DNA of 64,000 bases from Bacteroidota bacterium. Lineage in GTDB: Bacteria; Bacteroidota; Ignavibacteria; UBA10030; SZUA-254. The stretch lies in the NCBI GenBank assembly GCA_033854175.1, contig JAWOKN010000056.1, positions 3,736-67,735 on the forward strand, written 5' to 3'. Of this stretch, positions 48,838-58,665 are shown piece by piece. Position 1 is the stretch's first letter. Each line of letters begins with the position of its first letter. The position numbers and the translations under genes are program-made. The notes beneath the pieces are model-generated. The model worked only from the letters and a program-made list of their open reading frames with translations. It was not told where the DNA came from and did no database searches.

Positions 48838-49217
48838 ACTACGGAATCTCAAAAACGGTCCACCTGTCGTACGACCAGGCAGTTGCAAAAGTAACTGAAA
48901 CCTTACAGAAGGAAGGTTTTGGCATCCTCACATCGATCGACGTCAAAGAAACCCTCAAAAAGAAACTGAACGTTGATTTCAAGCGGTACGTCATCCTGGG
49001 AGCCTGCAACCCGCACTTTGCCCATCAGACCCTTCAGATGGAAGAAAACATCGGGCTACTCCTCCCCTGCAACGTCATCGTGTACGAGAAGGACAATGCC
49101 ACAGTTGTGGCTGCATTCAATCCGATGGCCATGACGGAGCTGATCGGGAACCGGTCGCTCGAAAAAATTGCCCGGGAGGTAGCCGACCGGCTTGAGCGGG
49201 CAATTAACGCCGTATAA
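48834..49217 (+). CDS. DUF302-domain protein
   Basis: Typical DUF302 pattern (…GFGILTSIDVKETLKKKL…YVILGACNP…LLPCNVIVYE…). Confidence 0.7.
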   Translation: MNYGISKTVHLSYDQAVAKVTETLQKEGFGILTSIDVKETLKKKLNVDFKRYVILGACNPHFAHQTLQMEENIGLLLPCNVIVYEKDNATVVAAFNPMAMTELIGNRSLEKIAREVADRLERAINAV

Positions 49218-49558
49218 TCCCCGGAAGAGAAAACTTTTCCCGTGTCTCCGGGTGTGAGAAGACAAACCATCCCCATCTCCCGGCGGAGACAATCCACGCA
49301 ATCCGGCTGAGTCTCAGAAAATTGACCCAGAACGTCACTCGAGACTAAAACCAAGTACTGGAAGAATAGTTACATCACCTCCCCCGGATCGAGCGGTGAC
49401 TTCAGAGTTTCCGCAGAATGAAACCCCGAACGATGCGCTGAAATTCTTAATCTTCTTCACTTCCCACACACTAGTCTATAAATATTCATCGGCATGGAAA
49501 GCAACACCGCTCCTGCAATCAAATGTGAAACAGCAGGTGGCAAACCATGTTGCCCGGC

Positions 49559-50110
49559 CTATCTCAGTACGCCACACTGCAGACTGAACAGCATGGCGAC
49601 ATATGATCGATCTCTATTAAGGTTCGCCGGAATATCTACACCGAGACCGAAGTATGGAAGGGGTGTCCAAAAAAACTGCCCGTCCAGGGCAAGACCCACC
49701 GTACGATAGGTGAGCTTTTCATATTCGGCCGAGCTATAGAAGTACCGGCCACGAAGGATCACGCCGACAAAACTGACGCCTGCGGATATTGAGGCAAGAT
49801 CCGTCTGTGTCTTCTTGAGGATGAGCCCATAAAGAGCACCGAGGTCCCTGACGGATTCGGGGGGATCGGGACCCATGATGCGCATTTCCTCATTATACAC
49901 AAAACGGATCGAAACGACATGCATACCGGTTTGATAGGAAACGTTTACGCCGGCAGATCCGCCGGCTGAACCGAGTCCAATTCCCCCATTGATCCAATAA
50001 TGATTTCCCGCGGCATCGCCCGAACTATCCCCGGGCGGAGAGGGAACCATTCCGGACGTTATTGTCAAAGAAAGAAGACAAACGATAAATATGAAATTCA
50101 ATCGAACCAT
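49559..50110 (-). CDS. Secreted/outer-membrane hypothetical protein
   Basis: Signal-peptide-like start (MVRLNFIFIVCLLSLTITSG) followed by Gly-rich beta-like segments. Confidence 0.4.
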   Translation of the reverse strand: MVRLNFIFIVCLLSLTITSGMVPSPPGDSSGDAAGNHYWINGGIGLGSAGGSAGVNVSYQTGMHVVSIRFVYNEEMRIMGPDPPESVRDLGALYGLILKKTQTDLASISAGVSFVGVILRGRYFYSSAEYEKLTYRTVGLALDGQFFWTPLPYFGLGVDIPANLNRDRSYVAMLFSLQCGVLR

Positions 50111-50130
50111 TTCGCCCAGACGCATTGACT

Positions 50131-50700
50131 CTATGATGACGGCCGTTTCGATTTCAACTTCGGTTGAATGACATAATCCACCTGCCGCTGGAAAGAGTGC
50201 TTATTTTCATTAAAGACAGATTTGTACATCACACTTTTCTCATCGATCGCACGGTCGACTGCAAGTATCCCGTCAAGATGGTCGATCTCATGCTGCAGGA
50301 GTTCAGACCGGGCACGACCGAGTTTCTCCCATTTCCGGATATTGCCTGATTCATCCCGGAAGGTCAAACTGATCGAAGTACAGCGTCTGACCTTCACCAG
50401 GAGGTCGGGAAATGACATGCAGTCATCCCAGAGGGTGAATGTTTCCTTCGAATGCCAGGTAATGAGCGGATTGACGACCATGAACGGACCATTTCCAAGG
50501 TTCAGGGCAATGAAACGTTTATTGATGCCGATCTGGGGAGCAGCGATCCCCCGGCCGAATCCCATCTCCCGTCTGAATCTTTCGAGTGCACTCTTCAAGG
50601 AACTCATTTCCCTGTGTAACTGCGGATCCTTGAAATCCTTTACTTCCCGGGATATCTTTCGCAGACGCGGATCACCGAGTAACAAGACCTTCTTCAACAT
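50131..50700 (-). CDS. def: Peptide deformylase
   Basis: Three motifs: 'GIAAPQIG', 'EGCLS'-like 'DDCMSFP', and 'HEIDHLDG'. Confidence 0.85.
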   Translation of the reverse strand: MLKKVLLLGDPRLRKISREVKDFKDPQLHREMSSLKSALERFRREMGFGRGIAAPQIGINKRFIALNLGNGPFMVVNPLITWHSKETFTLWDDCMSFPDLLVKVRRCTSISLTFRDESGNIRKWEKLGRARSELLQHEIDHLDGILAVDRAIDEKSVMYKSVFNENKHSFQRQVDYVIQPKLKSKRPSS

Positions 50701-50900
50701 AGTGACAGTCCATCAATGGTTATCGACAGGCAGCTGCACAAAGGTAATAATCTTTGGCAGGAGGTGCAATACAGTATCCCTTCCGGTAATCTGATAAGGA
50801 CCGGGTAAAGGCCCTCCGACCATCAAATCTTCGTACAATCCATTTTGCGCACTGGCTTTTCACGATCATGATTATTACATTCTGCTGAATTTTCAACCTC

Positions 50901-52562
50901 GTGAGGTTGCTTGATATGTCAGGTCCGGGAATATCCCTGTTTTTTAAAAAAGCGCATCTCATTGTAGAGATCCTCCTCCTCCACCTAGTCGGGTATCCCG
51001 CATTAGCTGGTCCTCAGCAGAAGACAGAGTACAACACCGGCATCCGGCCGTTCCATGTAAGTTACTACCGGCTCAATCTGCGAATTGCCACCTCACCAAA
51101 CAGAATACACGGGCAGGTTCTCGCAAAGATCGTCGGCACAGGAGACAGCCTGCGCACCATCAAGCTTGATCTCATCCGCTCCACAATGCTCATCGACTCA
51201 GTCACTGTCGCCGGCCGAAAGTCCACGTTTGTCCAGGACTCGGCAACATTCACGATCATGCTCGACAGAGTCTATCATCGTGGTGAGGCGGTCACAACCG
51301 GGATTTTCTATCATAACACGTATGATGGCCGGCGTTTTGGTGATTTCGTCTTTGCGACCTTCGGAACCGATAATCCTTGGATCTGGAGTACAAGTGAAAC
51401 CGAGATGGCGCGATTCTGGTGGCCCTGCAATGACCATCCCTCGGATAAAGCTGACTCAGTCGACATGATTGTCACCGTCGACCGGAACCTCAAGGTAGGC
51501 TCAAACGGAATACTTGTATCGGTCACCGACAATCCGGACCGCACCCGGACATATCACTGGCACGAAAGCTATCCCATCGCGACATATCTCGTCTCTGTGG
51601 CCATAGCCGATTATGCAGCGTACTCGGACTGGTGGAAGTACACCGACCGCGATTCGATGGAGATACTCAACTATGTATTTCCTGCGGATCTGGAGGATGC
51701 AAAGGAAAATTTTAGTTGTGTGCGTGATGGACTCACCATCTTTTCAAGATTATTTGGCCGTTATCCGTTCGCAAAGGAAAAATACGGCGTTGCTGAATGC
51801 GGTGCCGGTCTGGAAAACCAGACCATGATCTCCTTGGCATTGCGTCATTGGAGCGAGAGAAACATCATCCACGAGCTCGCACATCAATGGTTCGGTGATA
51901 TGATCACCTGCAGAACGTGGAGCGAACTTTGGCTCAACGAGGGATTTACGGAATATTGCAATGCCCTTTACCTCGAACAGAAGCACGGGGCGTCAGAATA
52001 CCGGGCATTCATCAATGATCACATGGCTCAAGCTCGGAACGCATCCGGATCGCTCCATCTCACAGATACAACGGATCCGGCAAAGATGTTCGAAGGACCC
52101 CTTGTTTATTTCAAGGGTGCATCGGTGCTCCACATGCTCAGGCGCATTCTCGGTGACAGCTTGTTCTTCAAAGTACTGTATGAATACGCAAACGATCCTC
52201 ATCTGAAATATGCCACAGCAACAACCGAAGACTTCCGCGCTGTCTGTGAGCGCACATCGGGCAAAGACCTCGGATATTTCTTCGATGAATGGGTCTATGG
52301 GGAGGGCCACCCTACGTATAAATATTCCTGGACCTCGGAGCATTCCGGAAACGGAGAGAGCCTGACCGTTCGAATACGCCAGTTCAATTACCACTCAAAA
52401 CCCGATTATTTTATCATGCCGGTAGATTTGAAGATCTGGGCTGGCGGGAAGGACAGCATCATCACACTTTGGAACGACAAACCCGATCAAATATTCCAAA
52501 TTCAATGGCATCGCAAACCGAGCTTGATGATTCTCGATCCCGGGAACTGGATATTGAAATAG
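50901..52562 (+). CDS. M1-family zinc aminopeptidase
   Basis: 'HELAHQWFGD' plus 'WLNEGFTEY' (HEXXH-18-E). A GTG at 50901 or the ATG at 50916 is the start. Confidence 0.8.
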   Translation: MRLLDMSGPGISLFFKKAHLIVEILLLHLVGYPALAGPQQKTEYNTGIRPFHVSYYRLNLRIATSPNRIHGQVLAKIVGTGDSLRTIKLDLIRSTMLIDSVTVAGRKSTFVQDSATFTIMLDRVYHRGEAVTTGIFYHNTYDGRRFGDFVFATFGTDNPWIWSTSETEMARFWWPCNDHPSDKADSVDMIVTVDRNLKVGSNGILVSVTDNPDRTRTYHWHESYPIATYLVSVAIADYAAYSDWWKYTDRDSMEILNYVFPADLEDAKENFSCVRDGLTIFSRLFGRYPFAKEKYGVAECGAGLENQTMISLALRHWSERNIIHELAHQWFGDMITCRTWSELWLNEGFTEYCNALYLEQKHGASEYRAFINDHMAQARNASGSLHLTDTTDPAKMFEGPLVYFKGASVLHMLRRILGDSLFFKVLYEYANDPHLKYATATTEDFRAVCERTSGKDLGYFFDEWVYGEGHPTYKYSWTSEHSGNGESLTVRIRQFNYHSKPDYFIMPVDLKIWAGGKDSIITLWNDKPDQIFQIQWHRKPSLMILDPGNWILK

Positions 52563-52648
52563 CCGCGGTTTTATCCGGAAATGACGGGAGATCGATTCCA
52601 TCAATGTCCCGTACTCTGCGGTTGTTAGTAGGGTAGTACTCGACGGAT

Positions 52649-53068
52649 CTATCCGAGTGAGCGGAATTTTTCCCTAAGAGAAGCAATCCGTTCGCGATGA
52701 CCGCAATAAGGACGGGCATACCTCTCGAAATCACCTGCCGGCAAGTTCGCACAGATATCTGGAACCTCATCCCACTGCAACTGGGCCCTCTCCAGAAGCG
52801 GGCACGATTCCACCGGACACTCCCCGCAATTCTTGAGGCCCTTCTCAAGGCAGCACCGGCGCGCGGTGCACCGGATGCTCGTATGGAACACCTGATCATC
52901 GGGACTCAGGCATCCTCCGCAGGATATGTTGGCAGTTTTCTCATCGAGTCCATAGATTCTCCGCCAGGCCTCGGCGACCTCCTGCTGAAACGATGACCCC
53001 TTCGAGGCAGCACGATACGCCCCGCATTTGGAGCATATCACTCCGCAGGCTGACACCACATCATTCAT
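52649..53068 (-). CDS. DUF3795-family Cys-rich protein
   Basis: N-terminal 'ACGVICSKCGAYRA' and further Cys pairs. A paralog is immediately upstream. Confidence 0.55.
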   Translation of the reverse strand: MNDVVSACGVICSKCGAYRAASKGSSFQQEVAEAWRRIYGLDEKTANISCGGCLSPDDQVFHTSIRCTARRCCLEKGLKNCGECPVESCPLLERAQLQWDEVPDICANLPAGDFERYARPYCGHRERIASLREKFRSLG

Positions 53069-53105
53069 AAAGATTCCTTCAAGTCATTCTGCCACATATC
53101 CGGAT

Positions 53106-53561
53106 TCAGGATTGTTCCTGCCGGTTCTTCCAATCGGTCACATGATCACACGTGTAGCACATCCTGTTGTGGACGCTCACAACATCCTTTCCGCATCTTC
53201 GGCAAAGGAACCGCTGTGTTTGCTTCCGGAGAAACACCTCCAGACCGACTTCCTGAATCTGTCTGAGGTTTTCGATGAAGCTTATCCGATATGTTGTCCG
53301 ATAGCGCCTGTCGATGTTTTCCAGATGTTTGCATGGAAAGACGGGGCATTCATAACAGAATGTCACCCGGCCTTTGGAGAGCCGCTGGCACTGACCCTTG
53401 ATATAGGCGCAGTTCTTGGGGCGGATACGGCAGCCGGAGCAATGCGAGATTTTACCCCGTTTCCTCTGGATGCCGTGGGAATACGCCAGAAATGCACTGC
53501 AGACTCCGCAGTTCATTCCGCATGGTGCAATCTGATCCTGTGTGAAGACATTTACTGACAT
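53106..53561 (-). CDS. DUF3795-family Cys-rich protein (paralog)
   Basis: 'APCGMNCGVCSAF…CSGC…CYECPVFPC'. The start was taken at MSVNVF; the ORF is open to 53600. Confidence 0.55.
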   Translation of the reverse strand: MSVNVFTQDQIAPCGMNCGVCSAFLAYSHGIQRKRGKISHCSGCRIRPKNCAYIKGQCQRLSKGRVTFCYECPVFPCKHLENIDRRYRTTYRISFIENLRQIQEVGLEVFLRKQTQRFLCRRCGKDVVSVHNRMCYTCDHVTDWKNRQEQS

Positions 53562-53617
53562 CGGCAACCCTTCCAAAAATCGGACGACAGCGGTCCGCAA
53601 TAGTCAACGATACAACA

Positions 53618-54436
53618 TCACATAAACCATTTTTTCTGATTATGCACCGCGTCGCCGAACTCGCGCATGAACGCCATATCCTCCGCATCCAGCGGACCCT
53701 TGTGCACCGCGGCGATATTCTCCCGCAGCTGGCGTTCGTTTCTTGGGGCCGTCAGGACAACCTGAACGTTCGGGTTCGAGAGAACAAACCGATAGCACTC
53801 CCCTGCCGTCGGAACGCGCCCGTCCTTCGGCCAGGATTTCGGGCGCCTCAGGAGATAAGTCCAGCGCGTGGCCGTATAGCTGATCACACCCGGATTGTGC
53901 GGCGCAAGATGAGGAAAGATATCCCGTTCGGCACCGCGATGGGCTGCATTATAGCGCAGCATCAATGCATCAACGGAGCCGTTGGCGGCAAGCGTGCCGA
54001 GCAACACCCGATTATGGCTTGAAAGCCCTACAGCCCGAACCTTCCCTTCCTCCTTGAGTTTCAGCAGGTCCTCATGGACTTTCGGTGTAAACTCGGCCGG
54101 TTTCATCACCCCCAGAAAGAGAAAGACATCGATGTAATCCGTCTTAAACTGGCGCAATCGCTTCTCCAGTGCCGACCGGACATTCTGTGACCACCAGATA
54201 TAATTATACGCCCCGGTCACCAGGACGAACTTATCGCGTCGGGGAGGTATCAGCTTCCGGAGCGCCCTTGTCATCTGCAGATCAATCCCGAATCCGAAGA
54301 AGAGGTTGATGCCCTCCTCCACTGCGGCATAGACAGTTTTCTGGCCCGGGTAATAGGAGGCTGAGGCACCGAGCGGGGTTACACTGATGCCTGTATTACC
54401 GAAGGATCGAAGCTGAAAAGACGTCGACATAGGCAC
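53618..54436 (-). CDS. Aldo/keto reductase
   Basis: AKR pattern (…IDVFLFLG…VRAVGLSSHN…). Confidence 0.75.
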   Translation of the reverse strand: MPMSTSFQLRSFGNTGISVTPLGASASYYPGQKTVYAAVEEGINLFFGFGIDLQMTRALRKLIPPRRDKFVLVTGAYNYIWWSQNVRSALEKRLRQFKTDYIDVFLFLGVMKPAEFTPKVHEDLLKLKEEGKVRAVGLSSHNRVLLGTLAANGSVDALMLRYNAAHRGAERDIFPHLAPHNPGVISYTATRWTYLLRRPKSWPKDGRVPTAGECYRFVLSNPNVQVVLTAPRNERQLRENIAAVHKGPLDAEDMAFMREFGDAVHNQKKWFM

Positions 54437-54511
54437 CTCTCCTAATCTTGTAGACTATGAAAAAACCAGGTTCATCGGTATTATATCCGTTATGGGGTAC
54501 AATCTTCATTC

Positions 54512-55588
54512 TCATTCCAAAGGTTTTCTCTTTCGCACCTCTTTCAGGGCAGCCTTGACCATTTTACCAAACTGCTTATCCTTCCTACGCCGTTCGGCAT
54601 AGGACATCTGATAAAACGCCGACTCCTTCATCAATTTGAGATAATTCTGGTATCGTTCTTTATCCAGCGCCCCCTCTTCGACAGCCTTAAGAACTGCGCA
54701 GCCGGCTTCCCTCGTATGCGTGCAATCCCTGTATTTGCAGTTCGCGGCGAGTTCGCTTATTTCAGAGAAGCTCGAATCGATGCCCGCGTCGGCTGCCATC
54801 ACGCCCAATTCGCGCATCCCGGGAGTATCGATGAGAAGGGCGCCGGTATCAAGTACGCTGAGCTGGCGCCGGGCGGTGGTATGCCTTCCCCTCCCGTCCT
54901 TCTCGCGGACGGGATGAGTTTCAAACTCATCACGGCCCAGCAGATGGTTCAAAAGTGTCGTTTTGCCGACCCCTGAGGAGCCAAGCATACAATAGGTCCT
55001 TGACCGCTCGAGCAATTCCCGGATCGTCCCCAGCCCGTCGCCCGTGGTGTTACTAAATGCAATAACCGGGGCACTGATATGAGCGTTCTTGATCTCCAGA
55101 GCATATTGTTCCAGTTCTCCGGCCTGAACGAGATCCGATTTACTCAAGAGAATCACCGGTCTGATCCGGCCTTCATGAACCATGACAAGATACCGTTCCA
55201 TCCGCCGGACATTAAAATTTGCATCACACGATTGCATGATAAACGCAACGTCGATATTCGAAGCAATCATCTGATATTCAACTTTTTTCCCGGCCGCTTT
55301 CCGGCGCAGGAAAGACTTCCTCGGCAACACTTCATGGATGATTGCGAGTGAATCCTCATTATAATAATCCGCAAGCACCCAATCCCCCACACACGGGAGG
55401 TCCTGGCCCGAGTCCGCCGAAAAAAGAAGATTCCCCGTCACCTCCGCCTGAACCTCCGATCGTTCGTTCAGGACAAGGTACCGATCACGGTCGACCCTCG
55501 TTACGCGCGCAACATGTAAATCAGGCTTCTTCAGCGCATCCCTTCGCTCCCGAAACCAGCCATCAAATCCGAGTTCAGACAGTTTCAT
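54512..55588 (-). CDS. rsgA: Ribosome small-subunit-dependent GTPase A
   Basis: OB domain, circularly permuted GTPase motifs ('LGSSGVGKTTLLNHL', 'DTPG'), and a C-terminal zinc motif 'CKYRDCTHTREAGCAV'. Confidence 0.85.
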   Translation of the reverse strand: MKLSELGFDGWFRERRDALKKPDLHVARVTRVDRDRYLVLNERSEVQAEVTGNLLFSADSGQDLPCVGDWVLADYYNEDSLAIIHEVLPRKSFLRRKAAGKKVEYQMIASNIDVAFIMQSCDANFNVRRMERYLVMVHEGRIRPVILLSKSDLVQAGELEQYALEIKNAHISAPVIAFSNTTGDGLGTIRELLERSRTYCMLGSSGVGKTTLLNHLLGRDEFETHPVREKDGRGRHTTARRQLSVLDTGALLIDTPGMRELGVMAADAGIDSSFSEISELAANCKYRDCTHTREAGCAVLKAVEEGALDKERYQNYLKLMKESAFYQMSYAERRRKDKQFGKMVKAALKEVRKRKPLE

Positions 55589-55653
55589 AGGTTGTTCTCA
55601 CGATCGGACCAAAGAATATACGGTGCACATACTTGCCGGGGCAAGATGCTATA

Positions 55654-56076
55654 TCAGAAATACTTGACTTTGAAATCGAGGACCTCCAACCGCGAAGGAC
55701 GTCCCCTGTTGTTTCGAGCATTTTCCATTTCCCGGGAAAAGAAATCCTTATCGAGGCCATTCTTCTCAACTATGGATATCAGCCATTGCTCTTCATCCGC
55801 ATGGATTACTTCATGATCGACGAAAGCGAGATGGAGCCCGTCCTTGACAAACTTGACAGCCAATTCCTTCGAAGAGAACGCCGGCGGTGCATCCTCGATA
55901 TAGGGATTGTCAAGAATCTCATGGATGGCATTGTCGCAAAACTCCTTTTCGAAACCGAGGGATTTGCCGATGCTTTTCATCAGATCGATCTCAGGCTGAG
56001 TGATTTGCCGGTCCTTTCTTATGAGTAAGAGAAGACCTCTGAAATAATTACTCGCGTCAATAATATCAAGTTTCAT
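55654..56076 (-). CDS. Hypothetical protein (TerB/DjlA-N-like helical domain)
   Basis: ORF with a helical composition; family assignment is weak. Confidence 0.35.
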   Translation of the reverse strand: MKLDIIDASNYFRGLLLLIRKDRQITQPEIDLMKSIGKSLGFEKEFCDNAIHEILDNPYIEDAPPAFSSKELAVKFVKDGLHLAFVDHEVIHADEEQWLISIVEKNGLDKDFFSREMENARNNRGRPSRLEVLDFKVKYF

Positions 56077-56381
56077 TGCGCACCCGACCCACGGAATTGA
56101 CGGTCACCGGTCTTTTCACCTGCAATACCAGACACCTTTCGAAAACTTTAACGTCATCCCGATCGTCTCAGTTATGATTCCGGGAAATTAGATACATGGA
56201 AAGAACGCCCGCCCCCGATGATAGGCTAATTTACAAAATCGTTAAGGGAAAAGAAACCCCGGATCAGGCATAAAGACATCCCGGGCAGAGATAAGTATCT
56301 GTTGTTCTACGATATGCGCGGTAACGATATTGATGAAAATAAGGGTGTAAATCATTATCCTCCCGGCGAGGAAAATCCATA

Positions 56382-58490
56382 TTATTTCACGAGCAGCATT
56401 GTTTCTGTCTTCGTATACTCTCCCGCCTGCAAGCGGTAGAAATAAGGTCCACTCGGCAACTCCGCGGCACTGAATGTTCTCGCATAGACCCCGGCCGCCA
56501 ACCTCTCCCTGTCGATCATCGTCCCCACCAGCTGACCCAGCAGATTAAACACCTTCAACGTAACGACCGATTGTTTCGGAAGGCCAAACGCAATTGTGGT
56601 TGATGGGTTAAAGGGATTGGGATAATTTCGCGACAGATAAAATCGCGCTGGCAGGGGATCGTGGGCGGGTTCAATCCCCGTCATCATCTCCGACAATGGA
56701 CGTCTCCACACCCCGCTCGTCACCGTTCCTGCGAAAAGGTTTCCATTATTCACAGCAAAAGCATAAACCGTCGTATTCGGCATTCCCAGATTGACCTGGG
56801 TCCAGTACACCCCGTCGTTCGTCGAAAGAAAAATCCCGCTGTCACTTCCCGCAAAGATATTCAACACGCCCCCTCCCTGAATCGTCAAGAGCGACCTTAT
56901 GTTGAAATTTGTCAGGCCTGAATCGGCAGGAACCCAGCTCCCACCGTTATTCGTTGAACAAAAAACCCCCCCGCCCAGTGTGCCGGCAAAAAGGCGTGTT
57001 TCGGTACCGGCAAGAGCGCGCACGTCCAGATTCGACAGATTTGAACTGACATCGGTCCAGCTCGTTCCATTATTTGTGGAGAGGAAAACGCCACCGCCGG
57101 ATGTCCCTGTAAACAAATTTGTCCCCCCGCCCCCGTCGGGGACAACGGCAAACGAGCGTATTATGGAATTCGTCAGGCCAGAATCGGCCGCACTCCAGCT
57201 CGTTCCATTATTCGTCGAGAGAAACACGCCGCCTCCGGAGCTACCCGCAAAGACAGTGCCACCGCTCACAGCGAGGGAACTGAAGAGGGGATAGATCAGG
57301 CCCGAATCAACAGGGATCCATTCCGTCCCATTATTGGTGGAGAGAAAAACCCCGCTGCGCGCTGCGGCAAAGAGATTCGTACCGCTCGACGCAAGGGCGG
57401 AGATATACACGTCGTACAGTCCGGAACTCGCCGGGGACCAGTTCAACCCGCCGTCGGTGGTGCGAAATACGCCGTTACCGGATGTTCCCGCGAAAACATT
57501 TATTCCATCGGAGGAAAGAGCCCTCACCGAGGTATTCGTCAGACCTGAGCTGGCAGAGCTCCAGCTTGTCCCATCATCCGTGGAAAGATAGACCCCACCG
57601 CCATACGTGCCGGCAAAAAGATTCGTTCCGTTGACGGCAATCGAATAGACCGAACCGTTGATCAAACCCGAATCCACCGACACCCAGTTTTTCCCGCTGT
57701 TTGTTGACCGGAAGACGCCAGTACCGCCGCCTGCGTACAACGCCGTCCCTTTTGAAGCAAGAGTTCTAACATACGGATTCCATAAATCTGAATCGGCGCG
57801 GGTCCAATTTTGACCGTTATTGGTGGAAACACATACACCGCCGCCCCAGGTACCGGCAAAAAGATATGAACCGCTGACGGTCAGGGTACCCACTTGGGAA
57901 TTTGTCAGTCCGGAGTTAACAGCAGTCCAGGCGGATCCGTTGTTCGTAGAACGAAAAACCCCATTGTTCATCGTCCCGGCAAATATGTTCACCCCGTTGA
58001 CACCGAGGGCAAGAATGGATGAATCGGTCAATCCTCCGCTCGCAGACGTCCAGGTAAGCCCATTATTGGTCGACCGGAAGACTCCGCTCCCGGATGTTCC
58101 CGCGAAGATACTCGTTCCATTCACAGCCAGGGACGATACAAACATGTTCCAGAGGCCGGAATTCCGTCCGGTCCATGTCGCCCCGTTATCCGTGGAAAGA
58201 AAAACACCGCCTCCGCGGGTACCCGCAAAGATATTCGTGCCGCTCAGGGCGAATGAATAGACATACATACTGCTCAGACCAGAGGGAGTCCACGTCGAGC
58301 CGGTATTTGTGGAATGAAAAATCCCGTTATCAGTCCCCGCGAAAAGATCTGCACCATTAACGGCTATGGCATACACATCGCCGCCAAAGGGACCGTTCGT
58401 CTGCACCCATTGAGCTTCAAGCTGATTCACCACAAAAGAGAATAAACACAGAAATGATACCATTCGCAGCATAAACCCTCCTTGCACCAT
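56382..58490 (-). CDS. BNR/Asp-box repeat protein (Ycf48/sortilin-like beta-propeller repeats) with a C-terminal T9SS sorting domain
   Basis: Signal peptide, then ≥14 tandem ~40-aa repeats 'GTNLFAGT.GGGVF.STNNG.SW…SGL.N'. 'S-T-N-N-G-T-S-W' is an Asp-box variant. The C-terminus 'RNYPNPFNPSTTIAFGLP…KVFNLLGQLV' is a T9SS CTD. Confidence 0.75.
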   Translation of the reverse strand: MVQGGFMLRMVSFLCLFSFVVNQLEAQWVQTNGPFGGDVYAIAVNGADLFAGTDNGIFHSTNTGSTWTPSGLSSMYVYSFALSGTNIFAGTRGGGVFLSTDNGATWTGRNSGLWNMFVSSLAVNGTSIFAGTSGSGVFRSTNNGLTWTSASGGLTDSSILALGVNGVNIFAGTMNNGVFRSTNNGSAWTAVNSGLTNSQVGTLTVSGSYLFAGTWGGGVCVSTNNGQNWTRADSDLWNPYVRTLASKGTALYAGGGTGVFRSTNSGKNWVSVDSGLINGSVYSIAVNGTNLFAGTYGGGVYLSTDDGTSWSSASSGLTNTSVRALSSDGINVFAGTSGNGVFRTTDGGLNWSPASSGLYDVYISALASSGTNLFAAARSGVFLSTNNGTEWIPVDSGLIYPLFSSLAVSGGTVFAGSSGGGVFLSTNNGTSWSAADSGLTNSIIRSFAVVPDGGGGTNLFTGTSGGGVFLSTNNGTSWTDVSSNLSNLDVRALAGTETRLFAGTLGGGVFCSTNNGGSWVPADSGLTNFNIRSLLTIQGGGVLNIFAGSDSGIFLSTNDGVYWTQVNLGMPNTTVYAFAVNNGNLFAGTVTSGVWRRPLSEMMTGIEPAHDPLPARFYLSRNYPNPFNPSTTIAFGLPKQSVVTLKVFNLLGQLVGTMIDRERLAAGVYARTFSAAELPSGPYFYRLQAGEYTKTETMLLVK

Positions 58491-58665
58491 GCATTTGACC
58501 CATGAGATCGGAAATAAACAGTAACCCCTCTGCCCCCGGGAATTTACATCTGCAATCCACCATTATACTACGGGACGAACATGGAAGTTCCACGGATAGG
58601 AAAATATTTTTCACGCCCATGAAGCTTTGATAAAAGGCACGCCTGCCGCCTCTCAGGCGTATGTG

